A stretch of DNA of 64,000 bases, taken from NCBI RefSeq assembly GCF_009914755.1, contig NC_060939.1. One strand, written 5' to 3'. The first letter of the stretch is position 1, and each line of letters begins with the position of its first letter. Under the pieces are notes generated by a model, which was not told the origin of the DNA, ran no database searches, and saw nothing but the letters and a program-made list of their open reading frames with translations. The stretch is from the human T2T-CHM13v2.0 reference genome, Homo sapiens. Both the position numbers and the translations under genes were made by a program. Of this stretch, positions 1-21,320 are shown piece by piece.

Positions 1-1360
<1,360 letters not shown>

Positions 1361-1551
1361 ACGGACTCTCAGCTGTTTTCCATCCCTCATAATTCCATGG
1401 CTGGAGCAGTTGGAGAATTTGAGTGATTTAACTCACAAAGTTAAGCAAACACAGTGTTGTTATTTTTAAAGTACACGTTGAAAACATGGTTTATATACAT
1501 TATAGGAGGTGCCTAATGAGAGAACTCTTTCCCCTATCAAAAATACCGTGA

Positions 1552-1972
<421 letters not shown>

Positions 1973-1997
1973 TATGTTGTTTATTATATATCATAAG

Positions 1998-2045
<48 letters not shown>

Positions 2046-2102
2046 CTGATACGTATACATATATACCAGATATAATATGTCATATATATCAGTTATATAT
2101 AC
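1998..2102. repeat. (TA)n microsatellite / AT-rich low complexity
   Basis: Perfect TA run ~1999-2042, then degenerate TA. Confidence 0.95.
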
Positions 2103-3599
2103 ACATTAGATGAAAAGTACATTTTCATTTGACAGGGAATTCTTTCAAATCAAATCATCAAACACTCTAAAATTGGGCAAAGTACACTTCTCCAGATCTG
2201 CAAGTTACTTGTGTACATAGGAAAAAGTCCTTCGCATTTCTGGCATAAGAATTTAAATTAAAAGAGGAATGAAACAGTTTTCTATCCACAATATTTGTGA
2301 GGATGTTTTATACTCCTGCTTAAAGTTTAAGTTGCTGATTACTTTTCAAATAGATAATTTGGTGGTAAGTACTACAATTAAAAAATATGTATGCCCTTTA
2401 CCCATCAATTCCATTATACTAAAACACCCTTAGGAAATAAAGATACATGCACTTTATTTTTCACCTCACTTATTTTAAAAAGAACCCAAAGAGTGGATCC
2501 TATAAATAAACTTCAGTTGCATCCACAGGATGGAATAATATGTGACCATTGAAGGTGGCAATAGATACAGAAGTATATTGATGTGCGAAGATGTATTTTG
2601 TTATAGCTAGTGAGAAAAAAATCAATTAAGTTATACATACAAACATACTATGGTCTTGTTTTATCAAAAAATATGTACAAAATATAAAATTTGTAATTTC
2701 TGAGCATTTGTATTTTAAGTAAAGTTCTTTTCCTTTTTCTTATCTGTGATTGCTGCAGTGAGCATGTACAAAACTTCTAGTAAAGTTTATTAATAAATAA
2801 ATAATCCTTGGGAAGACAGGAATATGAATCTTACAATATTAAAAATAATTTCTCACTTTCTATTTTTTATCATTATTGAGTGTATTGTTATCTTCTTTGA
2901 ACTTTTAGCCTCTTCAGAAGTAAAAAGGGAATATTTTTATGTTTCCAGATTTCATTATCTATATATTTTATTATGTACATATGTTTTTCTTATGTATTCA
3001 TTCAATTTATGCAAACAATGATAGATTAATCATTTCATTTTAATTGTATTCTTAAATAAAAATAACATATAAATATTACTATTGCAAAAATATTGCTTTA
3101 TAGGAGTTTATTTAAAAATATTGAACTCCCCAACTGTATTTTTCCATTCTTTCATTCCATTTATTCATCAAACATAACCTGAGTACCTGTTATGTAGCAG
3201 ACATATTCTGCTATCTCTCAGGTCCCTTCTATCCTTAAAAACTTCATGTTTACCTGCCCTGCTGCACAAGCTGAGAGATTTAAAATAGGAATATTGGGAC
3301 TTAATCTCCTTGAAACTTTGTCACCCAACTTTCAAACAAAAGCATTTCTGAAGTTAGAAAATAGTAGAAGATAAGCTTTAACTGCCCACCCAAAAGGTTA
3401 TCAGTCTTAAATACTAATATTAATCATGGGAATGTCTTATTTACATATATTCTGTAAGCATAAATATTGAATAAAATGAGCCATATGTATTCATTTGAAT
3501 CATGAGTTTCCTTTGTCTTCAATTTGTTTGAAAATCAAGGAATTAATTTGTTTGAAAAATGCATTATTATTATTTGTGTTCTATCCCCATAGTACCTTT

Positions 3600-5660
3600 A
3601 AGCAGGTGGACAAGCCAGCAACCTCACCCACTCAAGGAAGCCCAGATGGCCAGGTTCCAACAGCATGAGTAGCTGCCACCTGATGGCTGATGGAGCAGAG
3701 TCCTGAGGAAAAGCAGATGGCACTGGGGCCCTAACTCTAGGGCAGAAGAACTGATGTACTGTGACTGGCAGCATGTGAGGTTGGTGATTGGCCCACCTGT
3801 TCCTGGCACACCCTTGCAGAGGTGACCGGTTGCTCTTTGAGCCAGCTTGGCCTTGCCTGGCATGCACAAGCCTCGGTGCAACAACCGTGCTACAAATGGA
3901 GCCATATATAGGAAAGGAGAAGGAGGCTCAGGAGCAGGGTGTGCACTGACTTTGGGGCTCCAGTGCATGCCTCAGGGCTCCTATGGCACTGCAGGCTTCT
4001 TTGTTGCCAAGAGGCAGACCACAGGCCGTCTTGAGGAAGACTTTATGTACAAGTGCAGAAAGCAGCCAGGATTACCACCCAGGGGACTCGGTCTTCTGTG
4101 GCCCTGGCCTGACAGAATTTGGCCCAAGGCAGGACAAGGTCACTCAGAGCAGTGTGTCAGTAGGTGGGGCCTGGGCATGCGAGGCAAGGCCAAGCTGGCT
4201 CAAAGAGCAAGCAGCCACCTCTGCAAGGGTGTGCCTGGAGCAGGTGGACCAGCCACCAACCTCACCCACTGAAAGAAGCCAGGATGGCCAGGTTTCCACA
4301 GCCTGAGTGGCTGCCTCCTGATGGCTGATGGAGCAGAGACCTGAGGAAAAGCAGGTGGCATATTTAACTCTTTAATCCATCTTAAGTTAATTTTTGTATA
4401 AAGAAGATGGCACCAGTCCATGCCTCAGGGCTCATATGGCACTGTGGGCCACAGAAGGGTGAGTCCCCAGGGTGGTAATCCTGCCTGCTTTCTGCACTTG
4501 AACATAAAGTCCTCCTCAAGACGGCCTGTGGTCTGCCTCTTGGCCCCACCTTTAGGATAGAAGAACTGATGTACCACGTCTGGCAGTGAGTGAGGTTGGC
4601 GGCTGGTCCATCTGCTCCTGTTACACCCTTGCAGAGGTGGCTGCTTGCTCTTTGAGCCAGCTTGGCCTTGCCTGGCATACACAAGCCTCGCTGCAACAAG
4701 TGTGCTACAAATGGAGCCATATAGAGGAAATGATCAGCAGGCTCAGGAACGGGGCGTGCACTGCCTTTGTGGCTCCAGTCCATGCCTCAGGGCTCGTATG
4801 GCACTGTAGGTTTCTTGGTCGCCAACAGGCAGACCACAGGCTTTCTTGAGGAGGACTTTATGTTCAAGTGCAGAAAGCAGCCAAGATTAGCACCCAGGGG
4901 ACTGGGCCTTCTGTGGCCCTGGCCAGACTTAGAATTTGACCCAAGGCAGGACAAGCTGACTCGGTGCAGAGTGTCAGTACCTGGGACCTATGCATGCCAG
5001 GCAAGGCCAAGCTGGCTCAGAGCAACTAGCCACATCTGCAAGGCTGCACCTGTAGCAGGCAGACAAGCCAGCAACCTCAGCTACTCAAGGAAGGAGGGAT
5101 GGCCAGGTTCCCACAGCCTGAGTGGTTGCTGCCTGATGACTGATAGAGCAGAGGCCTGAGGAAAAGCATATGGCACTGGGGCCCTACCTCTAGGGTAGAA
5201 GAACTGATGTAAGCTGACCGGCAGCAAGTGAGGTTGGTGGCTGGTCCACCGGCTCCTGGCACAACCTTGCAGAGGTGGCCGGTTGCTTTTTGAGCCAGCT
5301 TGGCCTTGCCCGGCATGCACAAGTCTGTGCAACAACTGTGACACAAATGGAGCCACACAGAGAAAATGAGCAGCAGGCTCAGGAGCAGAGTGTGTGCTTC
5401 CTCGGGGGCTCCAGTCCATGCCTGAGGGTTCATATGGCACTGCGGGCTTCTTGGTTGCAAAGAGGTAGACCACAGGCCATCTTCAGGAGGTCTTTATGTG
5501 GAAGTGCAGAAAGCAGCCAGGATTACCACCCGTGGGACTCGGCCTTTTGTGGCCCTGGCCTGACAGAATTTGGCCCAAGGCAGGACAAGCTCACTCAGAG
5601 CAACATGTCGGAACCTGGGGCCTGTGCATGCCAGGCTAGGCAAAGCTGGCTTAAAGAGCA
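3600..5660 (+). repeat. ~640-bp tandem unit x3 containing SNX18 PX-domain fragment and ~90-bp inverted arms
   Basis: AGCAGGTGGAC..GCCA.CAACCTCA recurs at ~3601, ~4239 and ~5054. Units 1 and 2 read (KR/NR)QTTG(R/F)LEEDFM(Y/F)KCRK, like SNX18 KQATGRFEEDFISKRRK; unit 3 has the homologous DNA at ~5460-5515. Confidence 0.85.
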
Positions 5661-5674
5661 CCCAGAGCATCCAT

Positions 5675-6822
5675 TCTGGTGGATAAGCCAACCACATGGC
5701 CAGCTTCTGGGTCTGGGCACAGTGCCACATCTTCCATCGCTTTCTGACGTATCCCACCAACACTGAAGAGACAGCCTGGAGAGAGTGCAAGAGGAAGGCT
5801 GAGAAGGATGAGATAGTGAGTGCTGGCTTCTTTCTGACCCTCAGCACAACCCCAGGTGGTGACCCTCAACCTTTAGGGGTGGGAGAGCAAGACTGATGGC
5901 TTCAAATGCTTCCCCAAGAAGATGGACACAGGCCACTCAGCTCATCCTCACAGCCAATGAGTTGACAAGCAAGCAGATGACAGTGACAGGCTTTTAAAAA
6001 GAGCATCAGAAGGTGGCCAGTTTTTCTTCAGCTTCAGCCAGGCCTTGGAACTTGACTAGGCCATCCACTTCACCAGAGATGCCTTCAAGAACATCAGTAA
6101 GCTCTTTGACAATGAGTCCAGGAATGACCTGGACCCAGCCATGGACCTGTTAGTGCTGTCTCAGGGACACCAGACCAACATCCTGGACATCATCCTCATA
6201 CACAAGGAAGCTCTTACCAAAGTCACGGAGAACAGGCAACATGTGGCAGAAGGGAAGACAGAGATGCAGAGGCTGATGGCGTCATTATCACAGGAACAGG
6301 ATTTCTTTGGCCACTTTGGCTGAAATTCACCACTTCCATCCAATTCACTCAAGCGAGAGACTTGAAATCACAGATGGACCATTTCTTGCAACAAGAGATA
6401 CTATTTTTTCAAAAAGTCACCTAAAATTTGATAGTGTTGAATGACTAGCTATTCGATTGTGGACTTTTTCCAGTTCACGGGTACTTTCTACAGCAGAATG
6501 ATAACAGTATCAAAGAGCTAGTGCCAGCTATCGGTGGTAGTACAAGGATGACTTTGTGCTCAACTGAAACCCAGCTGAATATAGAATTGTGTACGAAAGT
6601 GTTAATATGGTGATAGAATAGAAACAGTAGCAAATGAACTAAATCATACTATGAATGCCTACACTACCATTATAACTTTTTGAAGAATGGTAATACCACT
6701 TACTTTATTGCCTTTTGAAGTAGGAATATTTTAGTGGATATGCTATAGACCTGAAACCCTATAAAGAATCCCAAAGAAGCTGGCTGGATAAAGCCTGCTA
6801 TGGATGTCTTTATACTCAAAGA
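5675..6822 (+). pseudogene. SNX18: SNX18 processed pseudogene (end of PX, BAR domain, part of 3'UTR)
   Basis: Fragments [88 protein letters not shown] and ATLAEIHHFH...KSQMDHFLQQEILFFQKVT follow the SNX18 C-terminal half colinearly, with no intron and with frameshifts and stops. Confidence 0.9.
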
Positions 6823-7960
6823 CTGATGAGGCAATTCGAATATGTGTCCCCACCAAATCTCATGTTGAGTTATGCTTCCTAATGTTGGAGGTGGATCCTG
6901 GTATAAGGTGATTGAATCATGAAGGCAAATTTCTCATGAGTGGTTCAGCACTATCCCCTTGGTACTCTCCTCACAATCATGAGTGAATTCTCGTGAGATC
7001 TGGCCACTGAAAACTCTATATCACTCCCTACTCTCCGTGATTTCCTCTTGCCATATGAGACAATTCACTCTTTCATTACCTTGCACAATGATTGAAAGAT
7101 TTCTGAGGCCCCCCAGAAGCAGAAGCACTAAGCTTCCTGTCCACTCTGCAGAACCATGAGCCAATTAAACCTCTTTTTCAAAATAAATCTTACCAAAAAT
7201 GGCAAATGAGGACTGGAGCATTGCTATAAAGATACCTGAAAATGTGGAAGCAACTTCGGAACTGGGTAATGGGTAGAGGTTGGAAGAGTTTGGAGGGCTC
7301 CAAAGAAGACAGACAGATGAGAACATTTTTGGACCATCTTAGAGACTGGTTAAATGGCAGTGACAAGAATGCTGACAAAAACATGGACAGTGAAGGCCAG
7401 GCTGAGGGGGCCTCAGATAAAAATAAGAAGGTTTCTGGAAAATGTCTCCCTTTTGGATATGGAAAGCTTACAAAATGCCTGTACCATCATTGTACCTTAG
7501 ACACAGTGAACTTGCTTTTTATTTCAGAGACTCGTAGGCAAAAGAGAATGTAGCCTTGACCCAGATGAGACTTTGGACTTTGTAACTTTGAGTTAATGCT
7601 GAAATGAGTTAAGAATTTGGGAGACTGCTGGCAAGGCATGACTGTATTTTGCAATGTGAGAAGGACATGAGATTTGTGGGGTCAGGGACAGAATAATACG
7701 GTTTTTCTCTATGCCCCTTCCAAAGCTCATGTGAAAGTACACTCCCTAATGTTAGAGTCGGGGCCTAGGTGGAAAAAGCTTTAATCATAAAGGTGTGGGA
7801 GTGGATCCTTCACAAATGGCAAAGCACCAAGCCCTTAATGCCATCCTCCTGATAGTGAGTTCTCATGAGATCTAGTAGTTTAAAAGGCTGTGGAACCTCT
7901 TTCGTCTCTCTGTCTTGTTCCAACTTTTGCCATATGAAACATGTCATTGCCGCTTGGATT
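6823..7960 (+). mobile_element. MST (ERVL-MaLR) element: LTR, internally deleted MST-int, partial 3' LTR
   Basis: LTR motifs GTGTCCCCACCAAATCTCATGTTG and GAACCATGAGCCAATTAAACCTC. Internal motif GCTATAAAGATACCTGAAAATGTGGAAGC. Second LTR starts ~7697. Confidence 0.85.
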
Positions 7961-7964
7961 TCCG

Positions 7965-8860
7965 GTGTGGTTAGGAGGGGCCTGATCAGTGTGGGCCTGG
8001 TCAGTGGACCTAGGTCAGTGAGGACTATTTAGTGGGATCGTGGTCAGCAGGCGTCTGCTTAAAGAGGGTCTCATTAGTGGGGTCTAGTAGTGGGGGTTTT
8101 GGTGAGTGGCGACCTATTGGCTGCCAGTTGTTTGGTGTCTGGTCAGTGCAAACCTGGGCTGTGGGGCTTGATCAGTGGAGACCTGGTCAGCTGGGGTTAG
8201 TGCTGGCCTGGTCAGCATGGGCTGGGGCACTGGTGACCAGGTCAAGGGGTGCTATTCAGTGGAGGACTGGGCACATGGGACCTAGTCAGCAGACCCTGGT
8301 GGGCGTGTCCTCATCAGTGAGGCCCTTGTCAGTGGGGCCCTGGTCAGGGCAGCCTTGTCAGCGGGACCTAATCTGTAGTGTCCTGGTCAGAGAGGACTTG
8401 GTCAGTGGTGACTTTTGTAGCACTGATCTACAGGGTGACCTGGTCAGCGGGGATCTCAGCATTTGGTGCCAGTTCAGTGGGGTCTACTCACTAGGGTCCC
8501 AGTCAGGGGCATCTGGTGATCTTAGGCCTGGTTATTAGGGGCCTGATCAGTGGCAACCTGTTCCCTGGAGGCCTGGTCAGTGGAGCCTCATCTCTGGGGC
8601 CAGGGAATGAGGTCATGATCAGTGGAACCTGATCAGTGAGGCCTTGTCAATAATGACCTAGTCAGTGAGGACTTGTTAGTAAGGACTTGGTCCGTGAGGC
8701 CATGTCAGTAAGGTCCTGGTCGGTGGAGTCCTTGTCATTGTGTGCCCGGCAGTGGGGGCCTTGTGAGTGGGGCCTGGTCATGAGGGTCTAATCAGTGAGG
8801 GTGTCATCAGGGAGGACCTGATGTGTGGGGTCTGGTCAGCAGGGACCTGGTCAATGTGGG
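7965..8860. repeat. Degenerate G-rich minisatellite (core GACCTGGTCAGTGGGG, ~16-18 bp)
   Basis: Dozens of GGTCAG/GATCAG cores at short spacing. ORF 8032-8538 is a repeat artefact. Confidence 0.8.
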
Positions 8861-9204
8861 CTGCTGAGCACTGCTTGGATAAGCCAGGTGCAATGTGCAT
8901 TATTGAAGGCCCTGTGGACAGCTGGGATAGCCCAGTGATGCCCAAGGGCCTAGTCAAAAGTGGACAAAGCACGTGTTTGGATGGACCTGGGAGATCCTGC
9001 TCAGAGATTCTGACAGGACAAAGGTAAAGGAAGGGCCAGAGTGGCTGCAGAGATGGTCACAGTCTATGGGCTGCACAGGATGAAGGAGGCCAGGGAACAG
9101 GCAGGGTGGGCAGTTGGGGTTCAGGGAGAGGCAGGTGCATGCTGGGAGGTCAGACCCTGTGAGGGCTTTGGGGGCGTCAGGTTGGGTAGGCTCCAGGCAC
9201 TCTC

Positions 9205-10945
9205 ACTCACATAGGATTCCAGAACACTGCTACAAGGCTCTGAGTGTTTGTCCCTCACATAGGATTCCAGAACACTGCTGCCATTGTCTGAATGTTTGTC
9301 CCCCACATAGGATTCCAGAAGCCTGCTGCTGGGGTCTGAATGTTTGTCCCCCAACTAGGATTCCAGAACACTGCTGCGAGGGTCTGAATGTCTGTCCCTC
9401 ACATATGATTCTAGAACATTGATGCTAGGGTCTGTATGTTTGCCCTTAACATAAGATTTCAAAACACTGCTCCTGAATTCTGAATGTTTGTCCTTCACAT
9501 AGGAATACAGAACACTGCTGCTGGAGTCTGGAAGTTTGTCACTCACATAGAATTCCAGAACACTGCTGTGAGGATCTGAATGTTTGACCCTCACATGGGA
9601 TTCCAGAACACTGCTGCGAGGGTCTAAATGTCTGTCCCTCACATAGGTTTCCTGAACAATGTTATGAGGTTCTGAATGTTTATCCCTAACATAGGATTTC
9701 AGGGCACTCCTGCTGTGCTCTGAATGCTTCTCCCTCACATAGGATTCCAGAACACTGCTACGAGGGTCTGAATGTTTGTCCCTCACATAGGATTCCAGAA
9801 TACTCCTGCTATGGTCTTAATGCTTGTCCCTCACATAGGATTCCAGAACATTCATGTTGGGGTCTGAATGTTTGCCCTTATCATAGGATTTCAGAACAGT
9901 GCTCCTGGGGTCTGAATGTTTGTTCTTCATATAGGATTTAAGAACACTCCTGCTTTGGTCTGAAAGTTTGTCCCTCACATAGGATTCCAGAACTCTCCTG
10001 CTGTGGTCTGAAAGTTTGTCCTTCACGTAGGATTCCAGAACACTGCTGCTGTGGTTTGAATGTTTGTCCCTCACATAAGATTCCAGAACACTGCTACGAG
10101 GGTCTGAATGTTTGTCCCTCACATAGGATTCCTGAGCATTGTTGCCGTGGTCTGAATGTTTGTACCTCACATAGGATTCCAGAACAGTGCTACGAGGGTC
10201 TGAATGTTTGTCCCTCACATAGGATTCCTGAGCATTGTTGTCGTGGTCTGAATGTTTGTACCTCACATAGGATTCCAGAACAGTGCTACGAGGGTCTGAA
10301 TGTTTGTCCCTCACATAGGATTCCAGAACACTTCTGCTGGTGTCTGAATGTTTGTACCTCACATAGGATTCCAGAACACTGCTGCTGGGGTCTGAACGTC
10401 TGTCCCTCAGATAGGATTCTAGAACACTGCTGTTGGGGTTTGAATGTCTGTCCCTCACATAGAATTCCAGAACACTGCTGCGAGTGTCTGAATGTTTGTC
10501 CCGCAGATGGGATTCTAGAACACTGCTGTGAGGGTCTAAATGTCTGTCCCTGACATAACATTCCAGCACACTGCTACAAGGTTTTGAAATGTTTGTCCCT
10601 CACATAGGATTACAGAGCACTCCTGCTGTGGTCTGAATGTTTGCCCCTCACATAGGATTCCAGAACATTCCTGCTGTGGTCTGATTGTTCCTCAAATAGG
10701 ATTCCAGAACACTGCTACGAGGTTCTGAATTTTTGCCCCTCACATAGGATTGCAGAACACTGCTACAAGGGTTTGAAAGTTTTCCCCTCACATAGGATTC
10801 CACAACACTCCTGCTGTGATCTGAATGTTTGTCCCTCACATAGGATTCCCGAGCACTCCTGCTGTGGTCTGAATGTTTTTCCCTCACATAGGATTCCTGA
10901 AGACTGCTGCTGTCACTATAGTCGTTGCGAGTGTCTGAATGTTTG
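9205..10945. repeat. CER-type 48-bp satellite array (~36 monomers)
   Basis: Monomer CCCTCACATAGGATTCCAGAACACTGCTGCTGGGGTCTGAATGTTTGT. The 16-aa periodicity in the ORF track confirms the 48-bp period. Confidence 0.9.
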
Positions 10946-11083
10946 ACCTTCACCAAACACTAAATATCCTGCCCCTTTAGTCTTGGACTTTCCAGCCTCC
11001 AGATCTGTGAGCAATAATCTCTGTTGTTTATGAATTACTCAGTCTAAAGTATTTTGTTATAGTAGCCTAAAGAGACTAAGAGA
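10946..11083 (+). mobile_element. 3' part of MaLR LTR (MLT1A/MST-like)
   Basis: TCTTGGACTTTCCAGCCTCCAGATCTGTGAGCAATAA...TATTTTGTTATAGTAGCCTAAAGAGACTAAGA is a typical MaLR LTR 3' end. Confidence 0.8.
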
Positions 11084-11169
11084 GCATCACCTGCCCTGTC
11101 ACCTCATCACCGCATTACTAAAGGTATACTAACAGCAGTCACCTTTAGTGGGTGCTTCATGCATGAGAA

Positions 11170-13002
11170 TAAAGGGAAAAAATTGCAAGGCATACTAAAA
11201 TCCAAAAAAAGAAAAAAATACAATTTGTGTCAACAGAGCAAGCTTCAGAAGCAGACAAAGATATGATTTTGGAATTTTTTTTAAACCTCTGGAGAATATG
11301 CTAAGGGCCTAATGAATGAAGTAGACAGCATTCAAGTGTAGATGGGTAATGTAATCAGAAAGACAGACATCGTAAGAAACTTCAACATAATGTAGTGGTA
11401 AAAAATGTGGTAAATAACTGAAGAATACCTCTGATGGCTTATTAGTAGACTGGACTCAGCTGAGTTAAGAATCTCTGAGCTTGAGGATTTATCATCAGAA
11501 ACTTCGAAAACTAAAGAAAAGAAACACTGAAAAGAACAGAAGATGATATCCAAGACTGTGGGACAACTACAAAAGGTGAAACAGAGTAATGAGAATACCA
11601 GGAGGAGAAGAAATAGAAGAAAGTTCTGCAACAACCATGTCTGAGAACTTCCAGTATTAATGTCAGACACCAAACCAAAGATCCAGGAAGCTCAGAGAAC
11701 ACCAGGCAGAATAAATGCCAACAACCTACACTTGGACATATAATTTTCAAACTATATGAAATAAAAGATAAAGGAAAACTCTGAAAGAAACCAGAGGTGG
11801 GGCAGAAAACACCTTACCTACAGAGACACAAAGATAAGAACTGCATTCAACAATGCAGAAACTGTGAAAGCAAGAAGACAGTGAAATGAAAAATTCAAAA
11901 TGTTGACAGAAAAAAACCCACCAACCTAAGTTTCTGTACCCACTGAAACCACCCTTCAAAAGTGAAGGAGAATTAAGGCCTTCCTCAGAAAAATAAAAAT
12001 TCAAGAAACTTGTTGCCAGGAGACCTGTCTTGCAAGAAATGTTAAATGAAATTCTTTAGAGGGAAACAAAAGATATATAACTGAAACCTGGATCAACATT
12101 TTTTTAAAAAGAGCATTAAAGAATTGTGGTACAATAAAAACCTATGTATTTATTCTTAATTGATCTGACCAAGAAGTTCATAGACAATAACAAATACACA
12201 CAGATAGATTATGTATGCTTATACACAAGTTAAATGAGTAACACTAATACAAGGAATGGAATGGAAGGATGGGAGGGAGGAATTGTGGTACAATAAAAAC
12301 ATGTATTTATTCAAAATTGATCTGACCAATAAGTTTGTAGATAATAATAAATACACACAGATAGATTATGTATGCTTATACACAAGTGAAATAAGGAACA
12401 ATAATACAAGGAATGGAATGGAAGGATGGGAGAGAGGAATCAGGTGTTTTCTTTGTTAAGCAGGTAGTCACCCGTGAAGTGGGATAGTGTTATCTGAAAG
12501 TGGACTTGAATTGGTTGTAAATGTATATTGAGGAATTAGGTGTGTTCTTTGTTAAGCAGGTAGTCTTATTTGTGGGATAGTGGGATAGCGTTATTTGAAA
12601 GTGGACTTCAATTTGTTGTAAATGTTACTGAGGAATTAAGTGTTTTGTTTGTTAAGCAGGTAGTCTTATTTGTGGGATAGTGGGATAGTGTTATTTGAAA
12701 GTGGACTTGAATTGGTTGTAAATGTATATTGCAAATTCTGTGGCAACTAGTTAAAAAAAAGTTTTAAAAAGAGAAGTACATGCTAAGAAAGACAGGGAAA
12801 ATGTAGTCATCTAAAATCATCAATGAAAACTGCAAAAGGCAGAAAAAGAGTGGTAGACAAAAGAATGGAGACTGAGGAGAATGAATAGAAAACAGTAACA
12901 AATATAGTAGATATTAATCCAATGATATCAATAATCACTTTGAATGTTAATGGTATGAATGTACCAATTCAAAGATAAAGATTGTCAGAGTCTATCAAAA
13001 GA
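11170..13002 (+). mobile_element. Old L1M fragment (ORF1 to start of ORF2) with internal tandem duplications
   Basis: A-rich plus strand with ORF1 motifs (AGATCCAGGAAGCTCAGAGAACACCAGGCAGAATAAAT) and ORF2 start (ATATCAATAATCACTTTGAATGTTAATGG). Confidence 0.8.
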
Positions 13003-16241
<3,239 letters not shown>

Positions 16242-16282
16242 TATTGTACACTTAAAAAAATACTTAAGAGGGTATATTTTAG

Positions 16283-18163
<1,881 letters not shown>

Positions 18164-18289
18164 TAAAATTTACATTTCTGAGTTAAGAATGCTTAAAATG
18201 TTATAAAAACAGAAGTACAATTCATTATGTGTTTCATTAATTACCTTTATTAAAAACAACACAATTATATTACAATAGGACAAAAAATG

Positions 18290-21105
<2,816 letters not shown>

Positions 21106-21106
21106 C

Positions 21107-21320
21107 CAGTTGAGTGTCCCTTATTTGAAATGCTTGGGATGTGTTTCAGATTTTGTAATATTTGCATTATTCTTACTGGTTGAGCATCTCGAATTCAAAC
21201 ACCTGAGTCTGCGATGCTCCAATAAGCATTTCCTTTGAGTGTCATGTTGGCACTCAAAAAGTTTCAGACTTTGGAGCATTTGGGATTTCAGATTTTTGGA
21301 TCAGAGACATTCAACCTATA
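21107..21320. mobile_element. MER46-like Tigger MITE
   Basis: Termini CAGTTGAGTGTCCC... and ...GACATTCAACCTATA, with internal palindromic segments. Confidence 0.7.

Noticed and set aside
9205-10945. CRISPR-like regular repeats and long periodic ORFs
   Set aside because: Abutting 48-bp monomers with no unique spacers and no cas genes. This is primate satellite DNA, and the ORFs follow from a period divisible by 3.
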